From Coniocarpon cinnabarinum (lineage: Eukaryota), in NCBI GenBank assembly GCA_051942205.1, contig JAVECO010000001.1, positions 186,001 through 250,000 on the forward strand: DNA of 64,000 bases, written 5' to 3'. A program made the translations under genes and the position numbers. This document shows, in pieces, positions 50,709 through 62,313 of the stretch. The first letter of the stretch is position 1. Every line of letters begins with the position of its first letter. A model generated the notes under the pieces. That model ran no database searches and was not told the DNA's origin. It saw only the letters and a program-made list of their open reading frames with translations.

Positions 50709-52516
50709 ATGAACATCCTCTTCCGTACGTGCGTGATCTCACAAGCAACACATCATTGCTGTTAGTGCTTATTGGTCCAGACTATGTACTACTTTCCATC
50801 ATTCCCGCTGTCATATTGCTGCACCTCTTTGTCGCACCATACACGAAGGTCGAAGAGTCCTTCAACATCCAGGCTATTCACGATATTTTAACCTTTGGCA
50901 TTCCCTCTGATGATGCACGAGACTTCCTGGCTGATCACTACGACCATGTCACCTTTACCGGTCCAGTACCGAGGACTTTCGTTAGTGCAGTGGTGCTCTC
51001 GACGCTCGCGAGACCATTCGAAGGGCTGTGTAAGAGCGGTCAGGAGGTGCAGATGCTAGGTAAGTAGGCTACTGAATACAAAGGCCCCTCCGCGATAATT
51101 GATCTCTCGCAGTCCGCGCAATCCTTGGTCTCATTAACGCCTCGTCCTTGCTTGCGCTGCAACAAGCTGTAAGCCAGGCGTATGGCATGACGGCAGGATA
51201 CTGGTTCATCATCCTGCAAGCCAGTCAATTTCACGTGATGTACTACGCCTCCAGGACGCTGCCGAACTTTCTCGCGTTCCCCTTTGGTAAGTCTGTTGGT
51301 AATCAAGACGACGTTGGAGAAGCTTTAGTAACGCGTGACCGCAGTCATGCTCTCATTCCGATGCTTCATCCTCGCACATTTCGGCAACCAACGCACACGG
51401 TCCAGACGCACTCGGCTTGCACTCGGCTTGCTGACAACAGCTGGTGTCATATTTCGCTCTGAGCTTGCGCTCTTACTTGCGCACATGACTTTGGTCGCCT
51501 TTCTATCCTTGCGGCAATCACCACTCACCATTGCACTTTTTGGACTTTTCGTAGCGGTCTCAAGCGTCTATCTGTCCATCAAAATCGACTCGTTCTTCTG
51601 GCAGAAGAACATGCTCTGGCCTGAACTGGAAGCGGTGAAATACAACACAATCGAGGGCAAGGCATCAGAATGGGGCACCAGTCCTTGGCATTGGTATTTC
51701 ACAAACTCGATCCCGAAGTTACTGATGAACCCATTCTTACTCCTGGTGTGCATGCCTATTGCACTCTTGCAAAAGTCGACGCAAAGATTCTCGCTCGACT
51801 TGATGTATCCACTTGTGGCTTTCGTCACGACATACAGCCTGCTTCCTCATAAAGAATGGCGCTTCATCGTCTACGTGATCCCGGGATTCACTGCCGTTGC
51901 TTCGGCAGGAGCCTCGTGGATATGGGTGCGTAGGAAGCGTTCTCATTTATGGGACTTCCTCGATCTGGCCTTGATCGGTACCGTCATTGGAACTGCGACG
52001 GCTAGCATGGCGTTGCTGTGTATCGCGAGCCTCAATTATCCTGGTGCAGAGGCTTTGCAACAGCTGCAGCAAATAGATGTCACTGCTGATCGTATCATTA
52101 AGGTGCATTTGGATAATCTAAGCTGTCAGTCTGGGGTGACGCGCTTCCTTCAAAACAACGATGTCGACACGAATGGAGTCAACTGGGAATATGACAAGAC
52201 CGAAGACCCCGTCGAGTTGGCAGACCCCACATTCTGGGAACAATTTGACTACGTCCTTGCCGAAGACCCAGAAGCCGTGCCAGGGCGTTGGCAAGTGGAA
52301 AAGTGGGTAACGTCGTACGACGGCTTGAGCTTTACATCTGGTCGCAATCTTGGCGCTACAGCTTGCAATACTATCATCGGACCGCAAATCCATTCTGCGT
52401 GTCATGCAATTGATCTCGTTGAGTCAGGCATTGCCAAGCGGCTCGTCGGCGGGCGCTGGCCGCGGATCAAGCTCGCACCGAGGATTGCTATTCTTAAAAA
52501 CGAAGCTACAGAGTGA
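50709..52516 (+). CDS. ALG12: Dol-P-Man alpha-1,6-mannosyltransferase (GT22); 4 exons
   Basis: APYTKVEESFNIQAIHD, YDHVTFTGPVPRTF, QFHVMYYASRTLPN, IFRSEL, WGTSPWHWYF, LPHKEWRFIVY, SLNYPG, CQSGVTRF. Confidence 0.93.
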
Positions 52517-53344
52517 GATCAATGATAGGAAGGGTGCTTGAATTGTCCTTCGGCTACCTAAATGTATCAACAGCCGATTTTTGGGATATAATAATGACTT
52601 GAAAGCGGAGCCCTGCCGTCTACGACCCACAGACCTCGCATGTGCGGACATCTCTCACACGCCCGACGAAACAGCCACGGTCACGGTCACAGACGAAAGT
52701 CTTTACTGGATTTCAGTCTAGCCAACGAGTCTGTTCAATAGGAAAAATTCGAGTCACAAAGCTATGAGTACAACGGCGAAAGCTCTTTGTAACTCGCAAG
52801 AAGCTGGACTACAGTGGGGCAAGTACTCTCCGCTGAGAAGACACCGCCAGACTGATTCCAAGCAGAGTGGAATTCAGGTCAAGTCTGCACAGGAGTAAGT
52901 GCATGTGCAGGGTCGTGTCGATACTCGAGAAGTAGCCTAAGAAAACGCGTAATACAAGAGGAAATTCGGCAGAGTAACAGTGAGCAATGGCACGATGAAC
53001 GTGAACAGTGAAGAAGAAATCAGCGAAGCATGTTTGAGTATAGACGGGGACCAAACACGGTCCCTTGATCCCAGACTCGTTCTACCAATGCGTGTAGCAG
53101 CGCCTGACACAGCACGGTTACCAAATAAGAATAGGTAGAGAGAGTGAAAATGAAGATCGATTACGAATATTGTCGAGATATCACGATCGATCTCTGTACT
53201 ACCAGATCGATCTTTGCAATACCAGGTCGCTCTTCGCGCTACGAGATCACCCACCACTTCAGTGGGATGGTCTCCACTTGAAATGCCGTCTCGTGACTGC
53301 TTGACTAGGGGTAACATGCTCTCATGGTGGTAGAGAAGAACGCG

Positions 53345-55830
53345 TCATTGCCCGAATGTCATCAAATCGCCTACCATCAACCGCTCATACTTCTCAATCA
53401 CCTCCTTGGTCGCCACAAGCACACCCGCACAAAGCGTCTTCATCCTCTCCTCTTCCTCACTCACGCCCTGTAATCCCGACGTGAACCGCTCAAAGATCGT
53501 ATTGCACCACTCATGCACTTCTACGACCTCTCGAGGATGTCGCTCAGCTAGAGTCCGCTTGTCCTCGTTGACATTGATGACAGAGAGAAAACCGAATAGC
53601 ACCGCTTCGAGTATAGCTGAATCTTTGAGTGCGCGTGTGCGAAAAGAAAGAAGCATTGAGAATGTCTCAGCGGTGAGTTGAGGAAGGGAGAGCGTGAAGG
53701 GGCCTGTAGATGTGAGAATAATGGCCAAAGTCTTAATGATGACAGGCAGAATGTGCTTAGCGTTTTGGAAGCTGAGGTTGTGGGTTGCCAATTGATTGGA
53801 GAGCGGGAAGAAGAAACAATCTGCCACAATCTTAGATAGATCATTGCGGATGATCTTGCGCCCGTGGCGTTTCTGTGCCGTCGAGACATGGCTAAGCATG
53901 CTCGCTGAGAGCTGTTTCGATAGCTGGTCGGTGCCTGAGTCTTGCAGATACAGCTTATGCAGTCTCTCGGGCAAAGTCTTGGAAGGGAACTGTTTTTCCG
54001 AGTCTTGCTCATTGTCTGGCCGATGTCCCGCAAGCTCTCGAGCCGCCATGCCCATCGCTGTTAAAGCTGCTATACGCTGGGAAATGTTGTAGTCCCCTTC
54101 GAAAATCGTAGAGGCCATGTATGGGCCACAAGTTTGTGGCTGAGCGATGAGAAGCGCCGTGATGCCTTGCAGCCGAAGCTCAAGGAAATCGTCAAGATTG
54201 AATGAATCAGATAAGTTCATGTAGGTTGCGCAAAGCTCAATCGCACGATCAGAAAGCTCAGAGCCAAAGTCTGCTTTCCTGCGTATGAGCGAGGGGCCAG
54301 TTTTGAGAGCAAGCTCCTGTATGTTAGCATCTTCGGTGTTTGAGAGCTGTGTGATGAGATCTCTGATGTATACGGGTGCCTTTGGCTTCTTGCGCTGAAC
54401 CAGAGTTGGGTCCTCGTCTTCATCTTCTGGATCAGAGTCTGGTTTCGCATGTGGAAGAAGATCATCGTCATCGTCTTCCTCAACGACCTGAATCTTGGCG
54501 GTTGATTTTGTTGGTTTTGGTTTCTGGGCTTTGCGTTGGGCTGGTATTATTACCAGTGCTTGTTCATCCAGGGACGACGAATTAGAGGGTATTAATACAT
54601 CATCGAGAGAGCCAATGCCGTCTTCAATTTTGAAAAGAGCATTGAGGTTGTTGTATTCATCTTGCTCTTCGCCCTCAAACTTGTGATTAAGTTTAGTCTC
54701 TGGCTTGTCTACGTGTTGCGAAATAGTTGTTGCGACAGCCATGCCTAAGAAGCGTACTCGAGGGCTGGTACTATTGAGACGCGCAGACGTTCCTTCTGTC
54801 TGTGTGCTCGAATGAGCGAGCACGAAAACAGCCATCGGTGTGTGGCGATGAACAGCTCCAGCAAGAAGCAGAAGAGCTCGCGCAATCTCTGTTGAGTGTT
54901 AGCATGCTTGCCGGTCAACAAAATTACCGCAAAACCCACGTTCTTGCTGAACGACTGATGCGTGCTGGATGAACATTTTCTCAGAAAACTTGGTCCAGGA
55001 CTGTTCCAGAGCTTGTTCCTGCTCCTCGTCTGACATGGCTGCAACTATAGCGCGAATCATTTCAGTTGATGCAATTAATCTCCTAAGTAACCATTCAGAC
55101 AGGTATGCAGTCAAAGTATCCCGGCTAGCTGAAACGACCTCATGGAGTAGGGCTGCGCTACCAGAAATGCTTTTCGTGATGTTCGCAGACTTGGCTGCTT
55201 GTATTCCTGTATGCGGAAGTATTTGCCTTGCAACAAAATCGATTGTCGACAGAACAAAGATACGCTGTTGATACAGTTGCAAGCTCTGGAGTAAGCCTTG
55301 AAGCGCTATTACATCACGTGTATTGCTTAAAAGTAATGATGAGACGATTGCAGCGACAATCTCATCTGAATTGTTAGCGGTATGGTTTGACGTATTCAAT
55401 AAGAATAATTACCCCTGTAACCGAGATAGAAACTTTTGCCACACAACTGCGCGACAGGTCCAGAGTCTGCCATGGACTGACTCTTACGAGTCTTTGCTAG
55501 CTTTGAGATACCACTGGCCAGCCATCTTGCATACTTTTTTCCGTCTCCAATCCAGTATTCTGCTCTCGCATCAGAGGAAGCGTTCGTCAAAGCCTCATTT
55601 GCTCGTGCAGCCACTGAAAGTATCCGTCCAGAGGCGGCAAGATCGACGAATATCTTCCACTGAGCCTGTGATTTCTGGAGGGAGATGATATGCGTAGAAC
55701 TCCAGACATCATTAAGTGTTTCCTGCAAGGCTGTCTGAATGGTTTGCATGCGATGAAGATCTTTCTTAGCCTCAGCGAGGAGCGCTTGCTGTTTCGAGAG
55801 ATTTGCGCTGATCTCGCGTATGATATCCAT
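53345..55830 (-). CDS. TEL2: Telomere length regulation / TTT complex subunit Tel2 (3 exons; start tentative)
   Basis: RLNSTSPRVRFLGMAVA, KPDSDPEDEDEDPTLVQRKKPKAPVYIRDLI, LIRRKADFGSEL; introns GTAATT..CTAAC..TCAG and GTGGGT..CTAAC..ACAG join three ORFs. Confidence 0.88.
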
Positions 55831-56357
55831 GCTGTTTCTACTGTCGGGTGAATTTTACAGCTCGTGAGCACAGAGGTGATATCCCTCAAGTCACGTGATA
55901 CTTAATCACTCAATCTCAAAAAGTGCTGTACAATTCTTTGGATTTCAGGTACTCTAAATTTGGTAGTCGACCACCGCACGACATTTTCAGACTTGAAACG
56001 TGTTCCGAAGTACGAAATGTTGCGATTAAAGAGAAGAAACGGTTTGTGAAGATCCTCAATGAACTTCACGGAAACCCCCAAACCATGTCATAGTCAGATC
56101 CAAGGTCATGTTGAAGAGCGCTTGGTATTCACTCATCGCGGGGCCTACAGTACGTACGAGTGAATTGAAATATTGCAAAACAGGTTTGCCAATACACCGG
56201 CAAATAAGATTGCCGAACTACCAAAGACATGAATAAAAGTGGCGCACGCGCTGTGTTCTCAAAGTCTGGGTCTGGAGTAAAGACTTGCGCAAACAGGGGC
56301 AAGTTAGTGAAGTGACAATGTTCTATTGACGCAATTTACGTTTGCATGTATCAATAA

Positions 56358-57905
56358 TCATGATTGACTTCGGCTCTTAAGCTTAGTCCAGCCGTTCCTC
56401 CCTTTGCGATCGTCGATGCGTTCGGCCACTGCTTTCCCATCTCGGGCAGTCTGTCCAGTCTGATCGACAACCACGTTCTCCTCGGCATCAGTGCCGTCTG
56501 CCAATTCATCATCGCGATCGTCCAGAAGTTCCCAGTCATGCCCGGACATGTCGTTCAGTAGCGCCGCCTTGAGCTCGTCCATGATCTTGACAGGAAATGC
56601 GAATGCCCAGCCCTTAACAGAGACATCGCATATCCCATCTGCAGCCGGTATAGCGCTCTCTAGAAAATGGCGTGCGGAACCATGAGAATAGACACCTAAT
56701 GCCGGAAGGACCGGCGTAGGGCTGAAGGCTCTGACTCCCTCCGCCTGCTTGATGTTTGTAATGGGGTCTCGAGTGGGAGCTCGTCTTCGTGACGGATCAG
56801 CAGTGTCATGAGCATTAGCGAAAAGTAACCACAGATTACGACCCATGTCGCATACATCGTCCCACTCCTTTTCAGCAACAGGCAGACCCTGCGTTCTGCA
56901 AAGCCAGGCAATGTCCCAAGCCAGCAGCGCTATGCCTTCGACAAGAAGTGCATAAGCTGATGGATTCTCTCTTGCCAGCTTTGGCAGCTTGCGGTCGAGG
57001 AACAGAAGGCGAGGGCGACCGGCTGTGCGCTGATCAAACTCCCGAGAACCTTTACTGCTGACATCCCTCGATGATCCAGGAGAAAGCTTCGGAAATGAAA
57101 CATCTCGACCGCTGTAAGACGACGCAGGTGAAAACACCGTAGGCGCAGGCCAGTCGTTGTGCGGAAGGACGATCTCTGCTGGGAGACGTAGATGTAAGTA
57201 GCCTGACACTTGGCAGAGGAGGCGCGATACATGGTAGAGCACGGTTGAGACATGCGTGTGCTCCGCAGCATTAAGGTGTCGAATATCAGGAATCAACATG
57301 TTCCAGATGCAATACTGAGGCACTTTCTTGGAACCGTCAGCCGGCTTGATGATCTGTTTCAGATCCGCCAGGTTGACTGCAGCCTTGCAACGTTTCAATC
57401 GCCTGACAACGATGTCTTGGTATTGACGTTCGTATGAACGTGTATGCTCGCTAATATCACGCCTTACTGAATCTGCTCCTTGTTTACCTCTTACTGCAGT
57501 ATCCTTTTTCGAGTCTGTCAGAGCGCTGCGTCTTTGCTTTGCCGCTGCTTTTCCTTCATCAAGCCGTTCTCTGAGCTCTCGCATACTGTTCTTCAACATC
57601 TCTGCATGACGCGTGACAGTCTCTATCCTCATCTGCGAGGCGGCTGATTCCCCAAGAATCCTATCGTGTGCTAACGCGGCTTCTCCAGCTTGATATTTGT
57701 CCTGGATATCAGATTGGATTGCATGATGCTCCGTAGTTGTCACACAGTGGGTGGCGGCGGCGTTCGCCTGACGCTCCACATCCTCTCTTTCTATCAAGAC
57801 CTGTGCATGTTGAAGGCGGAAAGGAAACAACGTTGCGCGAGCACACCCAGGACAATGAAGGCCTGAGACTTCGCTGTAATGTCGAGAACAGATCTGACAC
57901 TCCAT
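56358..57905 (-). CDS. ATG14: Atg14/Vps38 (UVRAG-like) PI3K complex subunit
   Basis: MECQIC..HCPGCAR zinc motif, long coiled coil, YLHLRLPAEIVLPHNDWP, RPRLLFLDRKLPKLA, EGIALLAWDIAWLCRTQG, end NGWTKLKSR. Confidence 0.8.
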   Translation of the reverse strand: MECQICSRHYSEVSGLHCPGCARATLFPFRLQHAQVLIEREDVERQANAAATHCVTTTEHHAIQSDIQDKYQAGEAALAHDRILGESAASQMRIETVTRHAEMLKNSMRELRERLDEGKAAAKQRRSALTDSKKDTAVRGKQGADSVRRDISEHTRSYERQYQDIVVRRLKRCKAAVNLADLKQIIKPADGSKKVPQYCIWNMLIPDIRHLNAAEHTHVSTVLYHVSRLLCQVSGYLHLRLPAEIVLPHNDWPAPTVFSPASSYSGRDVSFPKLSPGSSRDVSSKGSREFDQRTAGRPRLLFLDRKLPKLARENPSAYALLVEGIALLAWDIAWLCRTQGLPVAEKEWDDVCDMGRNLWLLFANAHDTADPSRRRAPTRDPITNIKQAEGVRAFSPTPVLPALGVYSHGSARHFLESAIPAADGICDVSVKGWAFAFPVKIMDELKAALLNDMSGHDWELLDDRDDELADGTDAEENVVVDQTGQTARDGKAVAERIDDRKGRNGWTKLKSRSQS

Positions 57906-58314
57906 ATCGTGATTGCGATCCAGTGTGTTAGCTGCTTTCAAGTGGGAGGCAGAGGCCTGAAAGCCGAGCGGCTCTGTGAGGCCGCTGAACTGCTGACTGC
58001 ATCTTGCAGATCCAGTCAGACCTGTGTGTTCAAAACCAAAAACAGACCGACGAATCTATCATGATGCTGCAGACTATGACGGCATAGCGAGGCAAAGGCA
58101 GCTTTTGGTAGGTAGGTAGTCACCCGGCATCGATGTTGAACGCGCTGAGCTGCTCACGTGCGCTCGTGTTGAGACTCGACGCGTCACGTGTAGCTCATCA
58201 TTTGCTATCGATAGACAGTCTACAAGCTAGGCCTATCCGACAAGCATTCAACACGAGTGCCTCTGCACCTGATTCATGTTGTCAGGCACTGAAGCTTAAG
58301 AGAGCTGATCAGGA

Positions 58315-59415
58315 ATGGCTTCGCGATCTATGCTGCCTCCTCCCCGTCCCGAAACCGACGACCCAGCTCAGGTGCCAGGTACACCAAGCGATCCCCGTCA
58401 CAGTCACGGCTATTCAGGACAACCGCCACTATCACCTAATCCTGACTCGTCACTGGTCGTCCCTGCAACTCAAGCTGCCAACACAAATGGTGAACGAGCT
58501 GCGAGCCACGATGCAGAAGACGTAAGAATGTCTGTCGAAACCTATGAAGACGAGTCTCAAAACGAAACGCAGAGCGTAGCTCCGATGAACGAAGAGCCAT
58601 CATTGGAGATGGAACAAGGTCGTGGAGATCACAAATATGATGCTGAAGGTCGCTCATCGAGTCCGTCAGAATCAGACGAGAACTTCCAGGACAGCGAAGC
58701 AGAGACGCAAGAAATGCAGTTTCCCAGTGAGGAGCCGACAATGGAGATGGGGGACGAGCGGACTGCTCACGACCGACACTCAACAAACCCGAGACGCAGC
58801 GACGATGCTTTGCAGGCCGATAAGAAGAAGCAAGCCGACTTGCAAGCTTTGCACGGTCTGGATGGCGATGGACCTACAACAGACGGGATCCCAAAGCAAG
58901 TCTCGCGTGCACGCCAACATTCTCATAAGTCTGTCGAGAGATCTGAGAATGCCGAGCCCAGCAATGGTTTTATTGAGCAGTACGACTGGGAAGACTTGCT
59001 CCACCGTTTCGGCGCAGAAATGAATGAAAAGCGAGCTGAAGAGCAAGAGACCATGCAACGATACGCGCAGTTGCAATTGGTAAGCAACGTCTTCTTCTTT
59101 GTTTCCGAAAGCTTTGCTTTCTGACGCTGCTCCAGCTGTACAGTATTTGGGCTAGCAAGGGCGTTGAACAAGAGGAATCTCGTGCAACAAAAAGGTGAGC
59201 CGTTTGGTTGTTTCCCAACAAAATTATCGAGTTGACCCATGTCAAGATTGTGCACTCGGATTGAGCACGTACGCCACAGCGAATCAAAACTGCAAATTCG
59301 GCGCGACCATCGTGAGTCTCGTGACGTGTCCCCTGACGCAGTCTAATCCGCTGACATTGGTATAGGCGACCAGGTGGTCAAAGCTTTCGAGTCTGCAATG
59401 CGGCTGTTCGATTGA
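58315..59415 (+). CDS. Hypothetical protein with acidic disordered N-terminus and coiled-coil C-terminus (4 exons)
   Basis: QYDWEDLLHRFGAEM..LQL|LYSIWASKGVEQEESRATKR|LCTRIEHVRHSE..RRDH|RDQVVKAFESAMRLFD*; three in-phase GT-AG introns. Confidence 0.75.
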
Positions 59416-59887
59416 GTTGCATTACGCGAAGCTTTAATGCAGTCCATTCATCTTACGCTTCTTCGTGAGCGGTCCTTAGAGTGTAGTGTCACTATGTCTA
59501 GCTTTACCTGATTGTGCAGTCCAGGAATCCAGACGGTAGATCAATCGCTTTGAAGCTCAAGCTATTCATTCTGACTGTGTTGTGCTCTGGGCACATCGGT
59601 GAGCAAGGCCTCAATCACACTTGTTGACCCGAAGCCGCTATGGTGAGCAGAAAGCTTTATCGTAGCCTCGCTCTTGGCCGTTTTTGCTTCGTCTCGCATC
59701 ACAAGGCTGCGGCATTGCAAATGGTGCACCACGAGTATGGGCTCGGGACGAGTTGCGGTCAGAAATCTTGCCAGCAAAAGTGCTCAGGCATTGTGCGAGC
59801 ACCTTGCTTGCGGATGGTGGAGTACGTGCGTGGCAGCTAAGCAAGACTCAGAGGATGAAAAGTTCGAGATGACGATCTGAGTGGTAA

Positions 59888-61749
59888 TTACTTGGTCCTC
59901 GGGTGGTTATGGCTTTCACGTTCGCTCGTTTTTGGTGTTACTGCTCCGCTACCGCCTGACGCCGGTCCGCAGCACTGCTTGCCGGTAATGCATGCATCAT
60001 TACAGTCAAGCAAACACGCTGCGTGCTCGTGTGGAGACGAAGACGAGGGAGAACTGTGCTGGCTTGGATCAAAATAGCCAGTGCCAATAGCGGTTTGAAC
60101 AGTGCTGGCAGAAGATCCGCTCTGACGACCGGCCGAGTCTAAGATCGAAGTGGCTTTGTGCTGCGGATCCAAGCAGAATTCTGGTTGAATAGTGCTACTG
60201 TGAATACCATGGCCATGTAGGCAGCTTTTAATTTCTTTGGCGAGCTGCATGTATCGAGCTGCGTTCTCACCCTGGAAGTCAAAATCTAGTTCAACATCCA
60301 GTGTTGCGATGGGTTTTGATGGTGTCAGCGCCCACACGTGAATGTGATGACAGCTTCGCACTCCATCTAGGCTTTCAATGTCGTCTTTGATGTCGTCAAC
60401 GAAGATGTGATCCGGCGTTGCTTGGAGCAAAGGCTTCGCTGTGTCTTTGCACATTGGTACGGCCGTGTGCAAAATTATACAAGTAATAACCAGTGATATT
60501 GCCGGGTCAGCATAATGTCGCCATGGCGAAGACGAAGACCATATAAATAACGCAGCCATCATGACGCCAATGTTGCCCAGTGCATCGCCCAGCACGTGTA
60601 GAAATAGACCTCGAATGTTCATGTCCGAATGAGAATGTCCATGACCGGATTGTGAAGACTGTTTGGGTTGATTGTGTTTGTGAGATTTATGATCAGCATG
60701 TACACCGTTCAAGAGGCCTACGTTGCTACCGTGGGGTGACATCTTCTGAGGCTCACTGGACTTCTTGTAGAGCAGCGGAGAGTTTTCATTTGGTTCGTGG
60801 CGGTCTATAGCCGTCTCGTCATCAGATGAGTGGCTCTGATTGGGATCAGCGTCCGTCATACGAGCGGATTTCATGATCTCGTTTCGCCAGGATGCAGGAT
60901 GTATGGGAATGTCATCGACCATGCTCCTAGCCCTCGATCGACGACTAGCTCTCCCACTGGGGTTGCTTGATATTGAACTTCGTCTTCGGGACGACGAGCG
61001 CTGCTGTGCTCCCGGCTTGTCCACGTCAGTCACACGCCAGGAAATTGATGTGGGATGGAGAGACGACTTGGCAGCATGTGTATCATGACGATGTCCGGAC
61101 TGGCGGTCGGCGTGACTGTGTTCTGCGTCATCGTGCGCGTTGCCTTGTCCATGATCGTGCTCCTCTTCGTCGTGGTCGTGACCGTGACTGTGCTGATGGA
61201 AGACAAAAAGCCCAAGTATGTTGAAGATCAAACCGACACCGCCGATGCTAAGGACAAGAAGCGGGGTTGAAACTTCTTGAGGTTCCACAAATCGCTGGAT
61301 TGCGTCGAGAAAAATTGAGAGGCACAGTGCGACAAGGAAGACCCCGTTTATGAGGCCTCCAATGAGTTCTGCACGGGCCCACTGGAGACTGAATCAGCTA
61401 TTTGCTAGCTCTCTAAAGGTCGAGTCTGTTTCACGCACACCGTAGGTATATTCATTCGAGCTTGACTTTTGCGTGGCGACGCGCACAGCCCAAAGACCGA
61501 CGCAGAGCGATAAGACATCATTGAGCTTCTCGACGTCAGCGCACTGCTTTTCAAGGAGCTAGACCAGACTGACCATGTGGAAGGCATCCGCTACAAGCGC
61601 GAGTGAATGTGCGGCATAGCCTGGGGGTGTCAGTCTCGTTGCGTTGTGTGCTTAAAAGGTAAACACCCACCAACGACGATTTCCAGGAGGAAAAAGGCGA
61701 CGTCTACGCCAATGAAAATCTTAATTCTAGTTTCTTTCGAGAGAGCCAT
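59888..61749 (-). CDS. ZRC1: CDF-family vacuolar zinc/cobalt transporter (Zrc1/Cot1-like); 4 exons
   Basis: MALSKETRI..FFLLEIVVG|YAAHSLALVADAFHM|LNDVLSL, YTYG|WARAELIGGLINGVFL, His-rich loop, LFLHVLGDALGN, HGIHSSTIQPEF. Confidence 0.93.
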
Positions 61750-62313
61750 GTCGCGATAGCATTTCCCGCAACGTCGATCGGGTTGGTCGAATTAATTTTG
61801 GACAATTCTGTCACCGTTGCAACGCATAATTTCGTAATTGCGGAGTTGTGGACGAATGAAAGAGAGTTGTGTGTGAAGAGGTCGTTTTTGAGAAGAGAAG
61901 CTGCCGCTGCAGGCTTTTGGGGGACTGGAACGGAGTTGAAGTGACACTCGTTAATAGAAAAGTGACGCAAAGGCATATCGCGGTCGCGCCGGGTGTTCGG
62001 CCCGAGAACGTCCGAGCAAGGATGCCTAGTTCCCAAGTCCTCAATAATGTGTCCGGCAACCACTTCTGTTCGTAACACTTGCCTGATCCATAGTATGATA
62101 GTATGAACTTAGAAATGGAGGAAGAAGACTGTTAGAGTGGATGAGAGCGGCAGCAAATATCCGGAATCAAGCATTACGCGCTCTTTGGGAGCATATCCTG
62201 CACATCAATCACATGACCATATTTGGCGACCGGCTACACGCATGTTCAATCCATGGTATCCAACCGATGCATTTCGAGGCTCTCGCTGGCTGTGATTGAC
62301 ATGTTTGACATCA

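Noticed and set aside
52760..53295. Hammerhead-like (ctatgag..cgaaa) and RNase P CR-I-like (ggaaattcgg) words
   Set aside because: The core CUGAUGA and stem II are absent, and no matching CR-V/P4 partner was found.
59888..61200. Long His-rich loop and Cys-rich tail of the zinc transporter
   Set aside because: Ordinary for Zrc1/Cot1-type CDF transporters of filamentous fungi.
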